Assembly (NCBI GenBank): GCA_042090925.1
Contig: JBELIL010000001.1
Location: 1-52,752, forward strand
Reading direction: 5' to 3'
Length of the DNA: 52,752 bases
Origin: Flavobacteriales bacterium
Lineage (GTDB): Bacteria > Bacteroidota > Bacteroidia > Flavobacteriales > Flavobacteriaceae
Positions 19,084-28,855 of the stretch are shown one piece after another. The notes beneath the pieces were generated by a model. It saw only the letters and a program-made list of their open reading frames with translations. It ran no database searches and was not told where the DNA came from. Position 1 is the stretch's first letter. The number at the start of each line of letters is the position of its first letter. Both the position numbers and the translations under genes were made by a program.

Positions 19084-20310
19084 TTATGACAAAATTTTAA
19101 TAGCCTTTCTTAGAGCGCCTATTAGAGAATCAATCTCATTTTCTGTATTGTAAAATGAAAAAGAAATCCTTATAGTACCAGGTATTTTAAAAAAATCCAT
19201 AATAGGCTGAGCACAGTGCTGGCCTGTTCGAACAGCAATTCCCATTTTATCCAAGATACTACCTATATCATACGGGTGAATACCTTGAACATTAAAAGAA
19301 ATAACCGAGGTTTTATTGGCAGATTCACCGTAGATTTTTAAATTCTCAATCCTATTTAACTTTTCAGTTGCATATTCTAATAAATGGTTTTCATAACTAT
19401 TAATTTTGTCTAGTCCAATAGAGTTGATATAGTCAATCGCAGCACCAAAGGCTATGCATCCAGCGATATTCGGGGTGCCTGCTTCAAATTTATGAGGTAA
19501 ATCTGCATAAGTGGTTTTTTTAAAGGTTACTTGATCAATCATTTCACCTCCCCCTTGATAAGGTGGTAATTTTTCTAACAATTCCTTTTTTCCATATAAC
19601 ATTCCAACCCCAGTGGGTCCGCATAACTTATGCGCAGAGGTTACATAATAATCTACATCTAAATTTTGTAAATCGATTTTAAAGTGAGCAGATGCTTGAG
19701 CACCGTCAATTAAAATCTTCGCACCATATTTATGACCTTTTGTGATTATTTCAGAAATTGGATTAATTGTACCAAGCGCATTTGAAACATGATTAACGAA
19801 TATTAGTTTAGTGTTTTCGTTTAACAATTCGTCTAATTTATCTAGCTGTAATTCACCATTATCATTCATAGGAATCACCTTAAGTTTTGCTCCCGTTTTT
19901 TCACACAACATTTGCCATGGTACAATGTTTGAATGGTGTTCAAGTTCAGAAACTATAAGCTCGTCTTTTTCAGTTAGAAATTCACTATATCCAGATGAAA
20001 TAATGTTTATACCATGTGTTGTGCCAGATGTAAAAATTATTTCAGAATTAAATTTAGCATTAAAATGATTTTTTAACTTTCCCCTTGCACCTTCATACAA
20101 TTCAGTGGCTTTTTGACTTAAAAAATGAACCCCTCTATGAATATTTGAATTGTAGTTCAAATAATAATCACTGATAACATTAATAACTTGTTTTGGTGTT
20201 TGGGAGGTAGCTGCATTATCAAAGTATACAAGCTTTTTCCCATTTACTTTTTTATCAAGAATTGGAAAATCAGATCTTATGTTTTCAACATCAAGTATGT
20301 TAGAGCTCAT
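19084..20310 (-). CDS. sufS: cysteine desulfurase SufS (class II aminotransferase V)
   Basis: 408 aa. PLP-lysine motif SAHKLCGPTGVG and the C-terminal active-site region RTGQHCAQP. Confidence 0.93.
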   Translation of the reverse strand: MSSNILDVENIRSDFPILDKKVNGKKLVYFDNAATSQTPKQVINVISDYYLNYNSNIHRGVHFLSQKATELYEGARGKLKNHFNAKFNSEIIFTSGTTHGINIISSGYSEFLTEKDELIVSELEHHSNIVPWQMLCEKTGAKLKVIPMNDNGELQLDKLDELLNENTKLIFVNHVSNALGTINPISEIITKGHKYGAKILIDGAQASAHFKIDLQNLDVDYYVTSAHKLCGPTGVGMLYGKKELLEKLPPYQGGGEMIDQVTFKKTTYADLPHKFEAGTPNIAGCIAFGAAIDYINSIGLDKINSYENHLLEYATEKLNRIENLKIYGESANKTSVISFNVQGIHPYDIGSILDKMGIAVRTGQHCAQPIMDFFKIPGTIRISFSFYNTENEIDSLIGALRKAIKILS

Positions 20311-21616
20311 GTCGTATTTTAACTTCCAGTTTGGAAGATATAATTTGATTTATTCTTGATTTTAGCTTTGGGATTTTTACAGAATCTAGAACATTATTTG
20401 CAAATGCGTAAGTCAACAAACCTCTAGCTTGAATTATAGGAATACCTCTTGTTCTTAAGTAAAAAAGTGCTTCTTCATCTAATTGACCTATTGTACACCC
20501 GTGCGAACATTTTACATCATCAGCAAAAATTTCTAATTGAGGTTTTGTATTCACTGTGGCCCTATCATCTATAACAATATTATTATTTTGCTGAAACGCA
20601 TTAGTTTTTTGAGCAATTTTATCTACGAGAATTTTCCCATTGAAAACCCCGACAGATTTGTCAGAAAATATACCCTTGTATTCTTGGTGACTTTCACAGT
20701 TAGGTTGAGCGTGACTGACAAGTGTGTAATGATCTACGTGCTGATTACCATTTATAATTGTTAAACCATTTAATGTCGAGTTACAATTTTGTCCTTTTTG
20801 GTAAAAATTAAGATTATTCCTGGTTATTTCTCCACCAAATGAAAATGTATGTACATCTACATCTGATTTCGTTTTTTGTGATATGTAAGTATTATCAATT
20901 AAATATGCTTCCTCTCTATCATTTTGAATCTTATAATAATCTATCCTTGAAGAATCTTCAGCATAAATTTCAGTAACAGAGTTTGTAAAGGATCTATGAC
21001 TGCTTAAACTTTGGTGTCTCTCTAAAATTTGAACTTCTGCATTTTCTTCAGCTATAATTAAATTCCTTGGCTGAAGAAAAAAATCACCTTGCTTTCCGGT
21101 TGAAAAATGCATTATTTCTATAGGTTTTTCAGCAGTTACTGATTTTGGAAGATAAATATATGCTCCTTCTATTGAAAAAGAGGTGTTAAGTAGGGTTAGA
21201 GAGTCTTTTTTGTCCGAAATTTTATTAAAGTATTTATTTATAAGATTTTTATATTTTGGCTTCGTAAGTGCGGCTGACAAAAGACATACATCTAAGCCTT
21301 CATGAGTTGTATCGGAAAGAAAAGGACTATAAACTCCGTCTATAAATACAATTTTATAAGTGTCCATTTCATAAAGAAAATATTTTTGGACGTCTTTTAA
21401 TTCGATTGCAACCTCTTTTTTTGGGAAGATTCCATAATCACTTTTCAAAATTTTTGACAGAGAAGTGTATTTCCAAGCTTCTTCTTTTTTGTTTGGAAAT
21501 CCTTTTTCTTCAAAATTTTTAAGACTTTTCGATCTTATTTCATGAACTGAATTAGATAGATCAATATCCTGCTCAAAAACCATAAAAGAAGAAATTAGTT
21601 TTTCTTTAAAATCCAT
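20300..21616 (-). CDS. sufD: Fe-S cluster assembly protein SufD
   Basis: 438 aa. Has SufB/D beta-helix family features (QLEIFADDVKCSHGCTIGQLDEEALFYLRTRGI) and lies between sufC and sufS. Confidence 0.9.
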   Translation of the reverse strand: MDFKEKLISSFMVFEQDIDLSNSVHEIRSKSLKNFEEKGFPNKKEEAWKYTSLSKILKSDYGIFPKKEVAIELKDVQKYFLYEMDTYKIVFIDGVYSPFLSDTTHEGLDVCLLSAALTKPKYKNLINKYFNKISDKKDSLTLLNTSFSIEGAYIYLPKSVTAEKPIEIMHFSTGKQGDFFLQPRNLIIAEENAEVQILERHQSLSSHRSFTNSVTEIYAEDSSRIDYYKIQNDREEAYLIDNTYISQKTKSDVDVHTFSFGGEITRNNLNFYQKGQNCNSTLNGLTIINGNQHVDHYTLVSHAQPNCESHQEYKGIFSDKSVGVFNGKILVDKIAQKTNAFQQNNNIVIDDRATVNTKPQLEIFADDVKCSHGCTIGQLDEEALFYLRTRGIPIIQARGLLTYAFANNVLDSVKIPKLKSRINQIISSKLEVKIRHEL

Positions 21617-21624
21617 GCTAAATA

Positions 21625-22362
21625 TTATTTAATCCAGTCATACCCCTTTGCCTCAAGTTCAATGGCAAGATTTTTATTGCCCGACTTTACAATCTTTCCA
21701 TTAGATAAAACATGAACAAAATCGGGAACAATATAATCTAGAAGTCTTTGGTAGTGAGTAATTAAAACTACTGCACTATCATCATTTCGTAGCATGTTGA
21801 CCCCATTGGCTACAATTTTTAATGCGTCTATATCTAAACCTGAGTCTGTTTCGTCTAATATGGCAAGTTTAGGTTCCAACATAGCCATTTGAAAAATTTC
21901 ATTTCTTTTCTTTTCACCACCAGAAAAACCCTCATTAAGAGATCGAGACAAAAATTTTGAATCTATCTTTAATAACTCTGCTTTTTCTCTAATTTTTTTA
22001 AGCATTTCATTGGCAGGCATTTCACCCAGTCCATTGGCTTTTCTCATCTGGTTTATCGAAGTTTTAATAAAGTTTGTTACACTTACTCCAGGAATTTCAA
22101 CCGGGTATTGGAATGACAGAAAGATTCCTTTGTGTGCTCTCTCTTCAGTATTAAAATCAATCAGATCTTCGTCTTCAAAAAGTATCACTCCTTTATCGAT
22201 TTCGAATTCTTCGTGCCCAGCAACAACGGTCGAAAGTGTACTTTTACCTGATCCGTTGGGACCCATTATTGCATGTACCTCACCAGGGGATACTTTTAAA
22301 TCTATCCCTTTTAAAATTTGTTTGCCTTCTACACTAGCGTGCAAGTCATTTATTTCAAGCAT
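21625..22362 (-). CDS. sufC: Fe-S cluster assembly ATPase SufC
   Basis: 245 aa. Walker [13 protein letters not shown] signature FSGGEKKR, and Walker [11 protein letters not shown]. Confidence 0.95.
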   Translation of the reverse strand: MLEINDLHASVEGKQILKGIDLKVSPGEVHAIMGPNGSGKSTLSTVVAGHEEFEIDKGVILFEDEDLIDFNTEERAHKGIFLSFQYPVEIPGVSVTNFIKTSINQMRKANGLGEMPANEMLKKIREKAELLKIDSKFLSRSLNEGFSGGEKKRNEIFQMAMLEPKLAILDETDSGLDIDALKIVANGVNMLRNDDSAVVLITHYQRLLDYIVPDFVHVLSNGKIVKSGNKNLAIELEAKGYDWIK

Positions 22363-22372
22363 ATTTTAATTT

Positions 22373-23818
22373 TTATCCTACAGATCCTTCAAGTGATATT
22401 TCCAGAAGCTTTTGTGCTTCTACAGCGAATTCCATGGGTAATTTATTTAAAACTTCTTTACTGAATCCATTTACAATAAGAGCAATAGCTTTTTCAGTAT
22501 CAATTCCTCTTTGATTGCAATAAAATAGTTGGTCCTCACCAATCTTGCTGGTTGTTGCTTCGTGCTCAATTTGAGCTGTATTGTTTTTAGCTTCAATATA
22601 AGGGAAAGTATGAGCTCCACAGGAATTACCCATTAATAGTGAGTCGCACTGTGAGAAATTTCTAGCATTTGTTGCACCAGGATTTACTTTTACTAATCCT
22701 CTATAACTGTTTTGTGATTTTCCAGCTGAAATACCTTTTGATATTATAGTGGATTTAGTGTTTTTTCCAATGTGAATCATTTTTGTACCAGTATCGGCTT
22801 GCTGAAAATTATTAGTGACAGCTATTGAATAAAATTCACCAATAGAGTTATTTCCTTTAAGAATGCATGAAGGATATTTCCAGGTAATAGCAGATCCAGT
22901 CTCAACTTGAGTCCAAGAAATTTTAGAATTTTTATGACAGATTCCTCTTTTTGTGACAAAATTAAAAACACCCCCGTTACCGTTCTTATCTCCTGGATAC
23001 CAGTTTTGTACAGTTGAGTACTTAATTTCAGCGTCATCAAAGGCAACCAGTTCAACACATGCAGCATGGAGTTGATTTTCATCTCTTGAGGGTGCGGTAC
23101 ATCCTTCAAGGTAAGAGACGTAGCTACCCTTATCTGCGATTACAAGAGTCCTTTCAAATTGACCGGTTCCTGCCTGATTAATCCTAAAATAAGTTGATAA
23201 TTCCATTGGACATTTAACTCCTTTGGGAACATAGCAAAAAGAGCCATCTGAAAAAACAGCTGAATTTAGAGCTGCAAAATAATTATCCTTTGGAGGGATA
23301 ACAGAGCCCAAATATTTTTTTACTAGCTCTGGATATTCTTTAATCGCATCGGATATTGAACAAAAAATTATTCCCTTTTTTTCCAAAGTATCTCTAAAAG
23401 TAGTGGCTACAGAAACAGAATCTATTACAACGTCAACAGCAATACCAGATAATTTTTTTTGTTCATCAATGGATATTCCAAGTTTATTGAATGTTTCAAT
23501 TAATTCTGGATCCACTTCATCTAAACTTTTATATTTTTCTTTCTTCTTAGGTGCCGAATAATACGATATATTTTGATAATCTGGCTTTTTATATTTGATA
23601 TTGGCCCAATTGGGTTCATCCATTTCTTTCCATGCCTTGAATGCATTAAGTCTCCATTCAAGCATCCAGCTGGGTTCCTCTTTTCTTTTAGAAATAGCAG
23701 TAACAATTTCTTCATTTAACCCCTTAGCAAAGGTTTCTGATTCTATATCTGTATAAAAACCATATTCATATTCTTTGGTCTCCAATTCCTTTTTTAGCTC
23801 TTCTTCTGTATATGCCAT
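22373..23818 (-). CDS. sufB: Fe-S cluster assembly scaffold SufB
   Basis: 481 aa. Highly conserved SufB sequence ([28 protein letters not shown]). Confidence 0.95.
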   Translation of the reverse strand: MAYTEEELKKELETKEYEYGFYTDIESETFAKGLNEEIVTAISKRKEEPSWMLEWRLNAFKAWKEMDEPNWANIKYKKPDYQNISYYSAPKKKEKYKSLDEVDPELIETFNKLGISIDEQKKLSGIAVDVVIDSVSVATTFRDTLEKKGIIFCSISDAIKEYPELVKKYLGSVIPPKDNYFAALNSAVFSDGSFCYVPKGVKCPMELSTYFRINQAGTGQFERTLVIADKGSYVSYLEGCTAPSRDENQLHAACVELVAFDDAEIKYSTVQNWYPGDKNGNGGVFNFVTKRGICHKNSKISWTQVETGSAITWKYPSCILKGNNSIGEFYSIAVTNNFQQADTGTKMIHIGKNTKSTIISKGISAGKSQNSYRGLVKVNPGATNARNFSQCDSLLMGNSCGAHTFPYIEAKNNTAQIEHEATTSKIGEDQLFYCNQRGIDTEKAIALIVNGFSKEVLNKLPMEFAVEAQKLLEISLEGSVG

Positions 23819-23827
23819 AATTATATT

Positions 23828-24157
23828 TTAAAGGGAAAAACTTTCACCACACCCACAGGTTCTATTTGCATTTGGGTTTTTAAAAACAAATCCTTTTCCA
23901 TTTAAACCACCTGAGTAATCTAAAGTTGTACCAACTAAATAAAGAAGACTTTTCTTATCTACTAAAATTTTTACTCCGTTGTCTTCAAACAGACGATCTT
24001 CATTTAATTGATTAGAATCAAATTTTAAATCATAAGATAGTCCTGAACATCCTCCACTTTTAACCCCGACTCTTACAAAATCATCTGTAGGGTTAAAACC
24101 GTCGTCTTTCATTAGAGTAGAGACTTTATCTTTAGCAATTTTTGAAACTTTAATCAT
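23828..24157 (-). CDS. HesB/IscA/SufA-family iron-sulfur cluster insertion protein
   Basis: 109 aa. GGCSG motif and the C-terminal CGCGESF motif. Confidence 0.92.
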   Translation of the reverse strand: MIKVSKIAKDKVSTLMKDDGFNPTDDFVRVGVKSGGCSGLSYDLKFDSNQLNEDRLFEDNGVKILVDKKSLLYLVGTTLDYSGGLNGKGFVFKNPNANRTCGCGESFSL

Positions 24158-24170
24158 TCTACTATTTATG

Positions 24171-24178
24171 CAAATATA
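24171..24178 (-). promoter_or_regulatory. candidate -7 promoter box (TATATTTG) for the suf operon
   Basis: Exact TAnnTTTG match on the minus strand, 13 nt upstream of the ATG at 24157. It lies in the only sizeable spacer upstream of the nine tightly packed suf-unit genes. Confidence 0.45.
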
Positions 24179-24241
24179 ATTTTAATTAAAGCTCTAATCA
24201 AGGGAAATCATAGATATAATTAATATTATTATTCAGGAAAT

Positions 24242-25567
24242 CTATTTAAAAAAGGCTAAAAAAATGTCCTTCCCTCCCTTGTTTTCACTAAAAAAACCTT
24301 CCTTACTATCACTATATCCGGCAACAATAATTTCATTTTCATTAAAATGAATAAGTGAATTAGCAATATCTTCTCCTTCTGCCCCTATTGTCAAAAATTC
24401 TTTAAGAATTCTATTTTTTGACAACTGAATCAACACTGCATCATTTTTCCCTTTGTTTGAATTAGAATCAAAATCAAAGCTCCTACTATAACCAGTTAAC
24501 CATAAATTATCTCGATTATCTATTTCTATTTTTTTTCCCATGTCAAAATTTGATCCTCCGAAAGTTTGTTCACCCAACAAATTACCATTTGAATCTAATG
24601 TCAATAACCAAAAATCAGAATTACCAATTTGAAATGAAACATCTTTGTCATTACTTAAAGTACTTCCAAGAATATAAATTTTATTGTCCAAGGATTGAAT
24701 TATTGAATTTGCTGTCTCATATTTTGATCCCCCATATGAACGTTCCCATAAAAAGTCTCCATTAGAACTCAATTTAATTACCCAAATATCATAACTGCCT
24801 TTGGGAAAACTAATATCGTTATCATTACTTTCCGACGACCCTACTATAATAAAATCTCCTTTAGCAGTCTCAATTGAATCATATGATCTATCATTATTTG
24901 TTCCTCCAAAATATTTTCTCCACAAAATATTTCCTTCTAAATCTATTTTATGGCACCAAAATTCTCCAACTCCATGTTTAATAGATTTCACCTCTTTTCC
25001 CGAAGAACCCAAACCTCTCGAGGCAGTTACATCCAAAAAACCATTAAAAAACATGTTCCCATCTTTTGTCCTAATTATATTATAACCGTGATCGTGCCCA
25101 GAAAAGCCATAGCTCTTCTCCCAAACTATATTGCCCTTTAAATCTATCATTATAACCCAATTGTCGTGAAAACCTTCATTATTGGATGCATCTCCATCAT
25201 CACTCATAGAGTAGCCTAATATAGCGTAACCAATCCCTTGAACTTCAACTATAGATTGACCTCTGTCATCCCTTGAACCTCCATAATTTTTTACCCACTC
25301 TAAGGATTTGCCGCTATCAAATTTCATTAATATAATATTTGATTCTGAACCTATTTTGTTTTGAATCAATCCGTCACTGCTTTTGGAACTTCCAATTACC
25401 ATAAACCCACCGTCTACAGTGTTTATAATATCGTTTGCTTGGTCGTCATTACTTCCTCCAAAGATTTTAACATTATCTAGTTGGTAATTAACATTGTCAA
25501 TGGTGAATTCACTTTTTACACATCCAAAGAAAAAAGTAAAGATGAATAGAGTTTTTAGCTTTATCAT
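24242..25567 (-). CDS. lipoprotein built from seven ~57-aa beta-propeller-type repeats (SBBP-like), function unknown
   Basis: 441 aa. Signal plus lipobox FFFGC. Seven tandem units each start with an aromatic-GG-S/T-x-x-D motif (FGGSNDD, YGGSRDD, YGFSGHD, FGGTNND, YGGSKYE, FGGSNFD, and a degenerate IGAEGED). Each is followed by an xxIxxxxDGGFxxxGxSxSxD ... D-W-hydrophobic-K-hydrophobic ... G-x-hydrophobic-W pattern. Confidence 0.7.
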   Translation of the reverse strand: MIKLKTLFIFTFFFGCVKSEFTIDNVNYQLDNVKIFGGSNDDQANDIINTVDGGFMVIGSSKSSDGLIQNKIGSESNIILMKFDSGKSLEWVKNYGGSRDDRGQSIVEVQGIGYAILGYSMSDDGDASNNEGFHDNWVIMIDLKGNIVWEKSYGFSGHDHGYNIIRTKDGNMFFNGFLDVTASRGLGSSGKEVKSIKHGVGEFWCHKIDLEGNILWRKYFGGTNNDRSYDSIETAKGDFIIVGSSESNDNDISFPKGSYDIWVIKLSSNGDFLWERSYGGSKYETANSIIQSLDNKIYILGSTLSNDKDVSFQIGNSDFWLLTLDSNGNLLGEQTFGGSNFDMGKKIEIDNRDNLWLTGYSRSFDFDSNSNKGKNDAVLIQLSKNRILKEFLTIGAEGEDIANSLIHFNENEIIVAGYSDSKEGFFSENKGGKDIFLAFFK

Positions 25568-26871
25568 TTTCTTTTTATTAAAAATAATCCTCTTTTAATG
25601 TCACTCACAGCGATCACTCCACTTTCAAAAAAAGGATAACTATTCCAAACCCCCTCAAAAGAGGCATCATCATTCTCTGGATGTGAGTCAAAAAAAGCCT
25701 CTTCAACGACTTCTTGATTTTCAATATTTTCAATATTAAGTTCTCTTAGTCCAGCTGTATAATTGGACAAATAGAGCTTGTTAGACTTTATATACAGATT
25801 GTGATCTATTGCATCGGTTTTCCCTTCATAAACAAAATGTATTTTAGGATTTTTTAAATCCTTTAAATCAAAACTTATAATTCTTGTTTTGTTACCATAC
25901 CTTAATTCGTCCAACTCGTCTCCTAAATAAAAATAACGATGACTTTCATCAATCCATCCTTGATGGGTATATCCTCCATAACTGTAGGATATAGTTGAAA
26001 TTAGTTCAGGATTTGTTTTTTCTGTTACATCAAGAATAATTAATTGGTTGGTTTCCCCTCCATCACTGTTGCTGCCCAATAAAATCTCTTTGCCAAAATA
26101 GTTTTGGTCCTCACCTTTGTAAGTTATAATTTGTGCATCATGAATATAAGAGGTATCCGAAAACCCTCCTCTTAAAATTGGTTGTTCAGGAATTGAAATA
26201 TCATAAAAAACAGGGCCTCCTTCATACAATGCCGAACCAAGAATATAGGCAAACCCTGAGGAGGTATTTATTGCAATATTATGTGCATTACCGAAATCAT
26301 TGACAATATAATCTTCATTGAACGTTTTAAATTCATTTAAATCAAGAAGTCTTTTTAAATTAAAAACTTGTAAACCATGATTAGAAGCTTCACTCACAAC
26401 AAACGCATGATTATTATAAATTTTTACATCCCTCCAGTCACTGGGGTTTGAAGATGATAAAAGTTTCCCTAAGTAAATTACCTTTTGCGGGTCGGTAATA
26501 TCTAAAAATGCCAAGCCATCATTTAAACCCTGTAGAACAAATTCTCTTTTAGAATTAGAGTCTGTCCATCCCCAATTATCATTTGCAGATTCACTTCCAA
26601 AAAAAGATAATGGAATCCAACTTAAAAGATCATATTTGTTACATGGAAACTCATTTGCAAATCCATTATTACATTCAATTTTATCAAAATTAAATATCTT
26701 TTTTTCAGAGTTATTTTGATTTTCTTCTTGTACTGTTTCGATTTCTTCAAAATTATCTGTTGACAAATCATTCTTACTGCACCGAGTAAACATAAAAAAC
26801 AAAATAAAATTTATAATTACGTTTATTTCAATTTTAGAGAATATATATCTAACTTTTTCAGACTTTACCAT
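25564..26871 (-). CDS. choice-of-anchor B / LVIVD-repeat beta-propeller family lipoprotein, function unknown
   Basis: 435 aa. Lipobox MFTRCS. The N-terminal C-x-N-G-x-A-x-x-F-P-C-N ... NDNWGWTD...REFVLQG...LAFLDITDP pattern is typical of the choice-of-anchor B domain. Its stop overlaps the downstream start by 4 nt. Confidence 0.6.
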   Translation of the reverse strand: MVKSEKVRYIFSKIEINVIINFILFFMFTRCSKNDLSTDNFEEIETVQEENQNNSEKKIFNFDKIECNNGFANEFPCNKYDLLSWIPLSFFGSESANDNWGWTDSNSKREFVLQGLNDGLAFLDITDPQKVIYLGKLLSSSNPSDWRDVKIYNNHAFVVSEASNHGLQVFNLKRLLDLNEFKTFNEDYIVNDFGNAHNIAINTSSGFAYILGSALYEGGPVFYDISIPEQPILRGGFSDTSYIHDAQIITYKGEDQNYFGKEILLGSNSDGGETNQLIILDVTEKTNPELISTISYSYGGYTHQGWIDESHRYFYLGDELDELRYGNKTRIISFDLKDLKNPKIHFVYEGKTDAIDHNLYIKSNKLYLSNYTAGLRELNIENIENQEVVEEAFFDSHPENDDASFEGVWNSYPFFESGVIAVSDIKRGLFLIKRK

Positions 26872-26907
26872 TAGTTAGTGTTAAATTAAGTAAATCTTTA
26901 TTTCAAA

Positions 26908-27942
26908 ATGTCCAAAAAAAAAAATAATTACACTCCTTTATCCTCCATTGGTGAGTTTGGCTTAATTAACAGAATCAAATCTAACTTCGATTTAAAAAAT
27001 TCATCTAGCATACTTGGTATTGGTGACGACGCAGCAGTTATAGATAATAAAAATAAAACTATTGTATCTACGGATATGCTAGTAGAAAATATTCATTTTA
27101 ATTTGATGTATGTCCCATTAAAGCACTTGGGGTATAAATCGGTTGTAGTCAATTTATCGGATATTTTTGCAATGAATGCAAAACCAGAACAAATAACTGT
27201 TAGTTTGTCCGTATCAAACAGATTTACCCTTGAGGCAATAGATGAATTATACAGTGGCATAAAACTAGCATGTGAAAAATACAAAGTTGATCTAATTGGT
27301 GGAGACACTACATCTTCTGAAAAGGGCTTGATAATATCAGTTACAGCAATTGGTTCATCTGAAAAAAACAAATTGGTTTACCGATCAGGTGCCAAAAAAA
27401 ACGATCTTGTTGCAGTAACAGGTAATATAGGAGCTGCATACATGGGTCTTCAAGTTTTAGAAAGAGAAAAGGAAGTATTTAAAGTTAATCCACAATCACA
27501 GCCTAATCTTGATAAGTATACTTACTGCATTCAAAGACAACTTAAGCCCGAGGCTAGAAAAGATATTTTTCAGTTTTTTAAAAAAAATAAAATCACCCCC
27601 TCCTCCATGATAGATATTAGCGATGGATTATCCTCAGAAATTTTGCATTTAAGCGAAAAATCTAAAGTAGGAATTCATATTTATGAGGAAAAAATACCTA
27701 TTGACAGTGAGACTATTAAAATTTGTAAAGAATTTAAAATAAATGAAACAACAGCCGCTCTTAATGGAGGTGAAGACTATGAGATTTTGTTCACTATTAA
27801 TCAGTCAGATTACGACCTAGTTGAAAAAAGTGAAATCGCAACTATTATTGGTCATGTGACAAAAATTGAAGATGGTAATAAGTTAATCACGGGTTTAGAA
27901 CAGGCTGTTGATTTGACAGCACAAGGTTGGTCAAAAATCTAA
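26908..27942 (+). CDS. thiL: thiamine-monophosphate kinase
   Basis: 344 aa. AIR-synthase-related fold with ThiL motifs (IGDDAAV, STDMLVENIHF, GGDT, DISDGL). Confidence 0.9.
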   Translation: MSKKKNNYTPLSSIGEFGLINRIKSNFDLKNSSSILGIGDDAAVIDNKNKTIVSTDMLVENIHFNLMYVPLKHLGYKSVVVNLSDIFAMNAKPEQITVSLSVSNRFTLEAIDELYSGIKLACEKYKVDLIGGDTTSSEKGLIISVTAIGSSEKNKLVYRSGAKKNDLVAVTGNIGAAYMGLQVLEREKEVFKVNPQSQPNLDKYTYCIQRQLKPEARKDIFQFFKKNKITPSSMIDISDGLSSEILHLSEKSKVGIHIYEEKIPIDSETIKICKEFKINETTAALNGGEDYEILFTINQSDYDLVEKSEIATIIGHVTKIEDGNKLITGLEQAVDLTAQGWSKI

Positions 27943-27944
27943 AT

Positions 27945-28760
27945 TTAGCCCAATGCTACATCAAGAGACATCATAATTATGAAACCTAATATAAATCCCA
28001 TTGTCGCAAGATCGGTATACCTGTCCTGTTGAGCCTCGGGAATTACCTCCTCGATAACAACAAAAATCATAGCCCCTGCTGCAAATGACAGCGCGTAAGG
28101 TAATAAGGGTGAAAAAAAAGTTACAGCAAAAGCTCCTAGTACGGCAGCTAAAGGTTCTACAATTGCAGATAACTGGCCATACCAAAAAGATTTAATACGA
28201 CTGGCTCCAAGTCTTCTCATTGGCATTGAAACAGCAATCCCTTCTGGTAAATTTTGAATTCCAATTCCCAGGGCCAATACGACCGCACCCGATATGGTAG
28301 CCTCAGGTAAACCTAGGGAAACACCTCCAAATAAAACCCCTACTGCTAATCCCTCAGGAATATTGTGAAGTGTGATCGCCAAAACTAGTAGTGTTGTTTT
28401 ATGCCATGGAGTTTTTATACCCTCACTATCTTTAAAATTAATGTGTATGTGAGGGAGTATTTTATCTAACATAAAAATAAACAATGCTCCTAGTGCAAAT
28501 CCGATTGATGCTGGTAATACCTTTATAAATCCTTCACCGGGACTCATTTCAATTCCGGGGGCTAAAAGGCTCCAAAAACTTGCAGCAACCATGACACCTC
28601 CAGTAAAACCAAGTAATCCATCAAGGATCATCCTATTTAAATTTTTAACAAAAAAAACCAAGGATGCCCCTAGTGCTGTCATTAGCCAAGTGAAAATTGT
28701 AGCATAAAAGGCACCAATTATTGGGTGTTGATTTTCAAAAAAAGTTATTATGTTGTTCAT
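27945..28760 (-). CDS. ZIP-family divalent metal transporter (ZupT-like)
   Basis: 271 aa, 8 TM helices, and the conserved HNIPEGLAVG and QNLPEGIAVS motifs. Confidence 0.9.
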   Translation of the reverse strand: MNNIITFFENQHPIIGAFYATIFTWLMTALGASLVFFVKNLNRMILDGLLGFTGGVMVAASFWSLLAPGIEMSPGEGFIKVLPASIGFALGALFIFMLDKILPHIHINFKDSEGIKTPWHKTTLLVLAITLHNIPEGLAVGVLFGGVSLGLPEATISGAVVLALGIGIQNLPEGIAVSMPMRRLGASRIKSFWYGQLSAIVEPLAAVLGAFAVTFFSPLLPYALSFAAGAMIFVVIEEVIPEAQQDRYTDLATMGFILGFIIMMSLDVALG

Positions 28761-28855
28761 GCAAAGTAAAAAAGTTCACTGGTGTAAAACTATAAAAAAA
28801 ATATTATACTTTAAGAAATGTAATTAATCGAATTATAAGAAAAGTTAAAAAGCAA

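Noticed and set aside
24203-24242. A 7-nt direct repeat, GGAAATC, occurs at 24203-24209 and 24236-24242, downstream of the propeller gene and upstream of the suf promoter.
   Set aside because: It is too short to be significant, it is not an inverted repeat and so is not a terminator, and no further copies were noticed.
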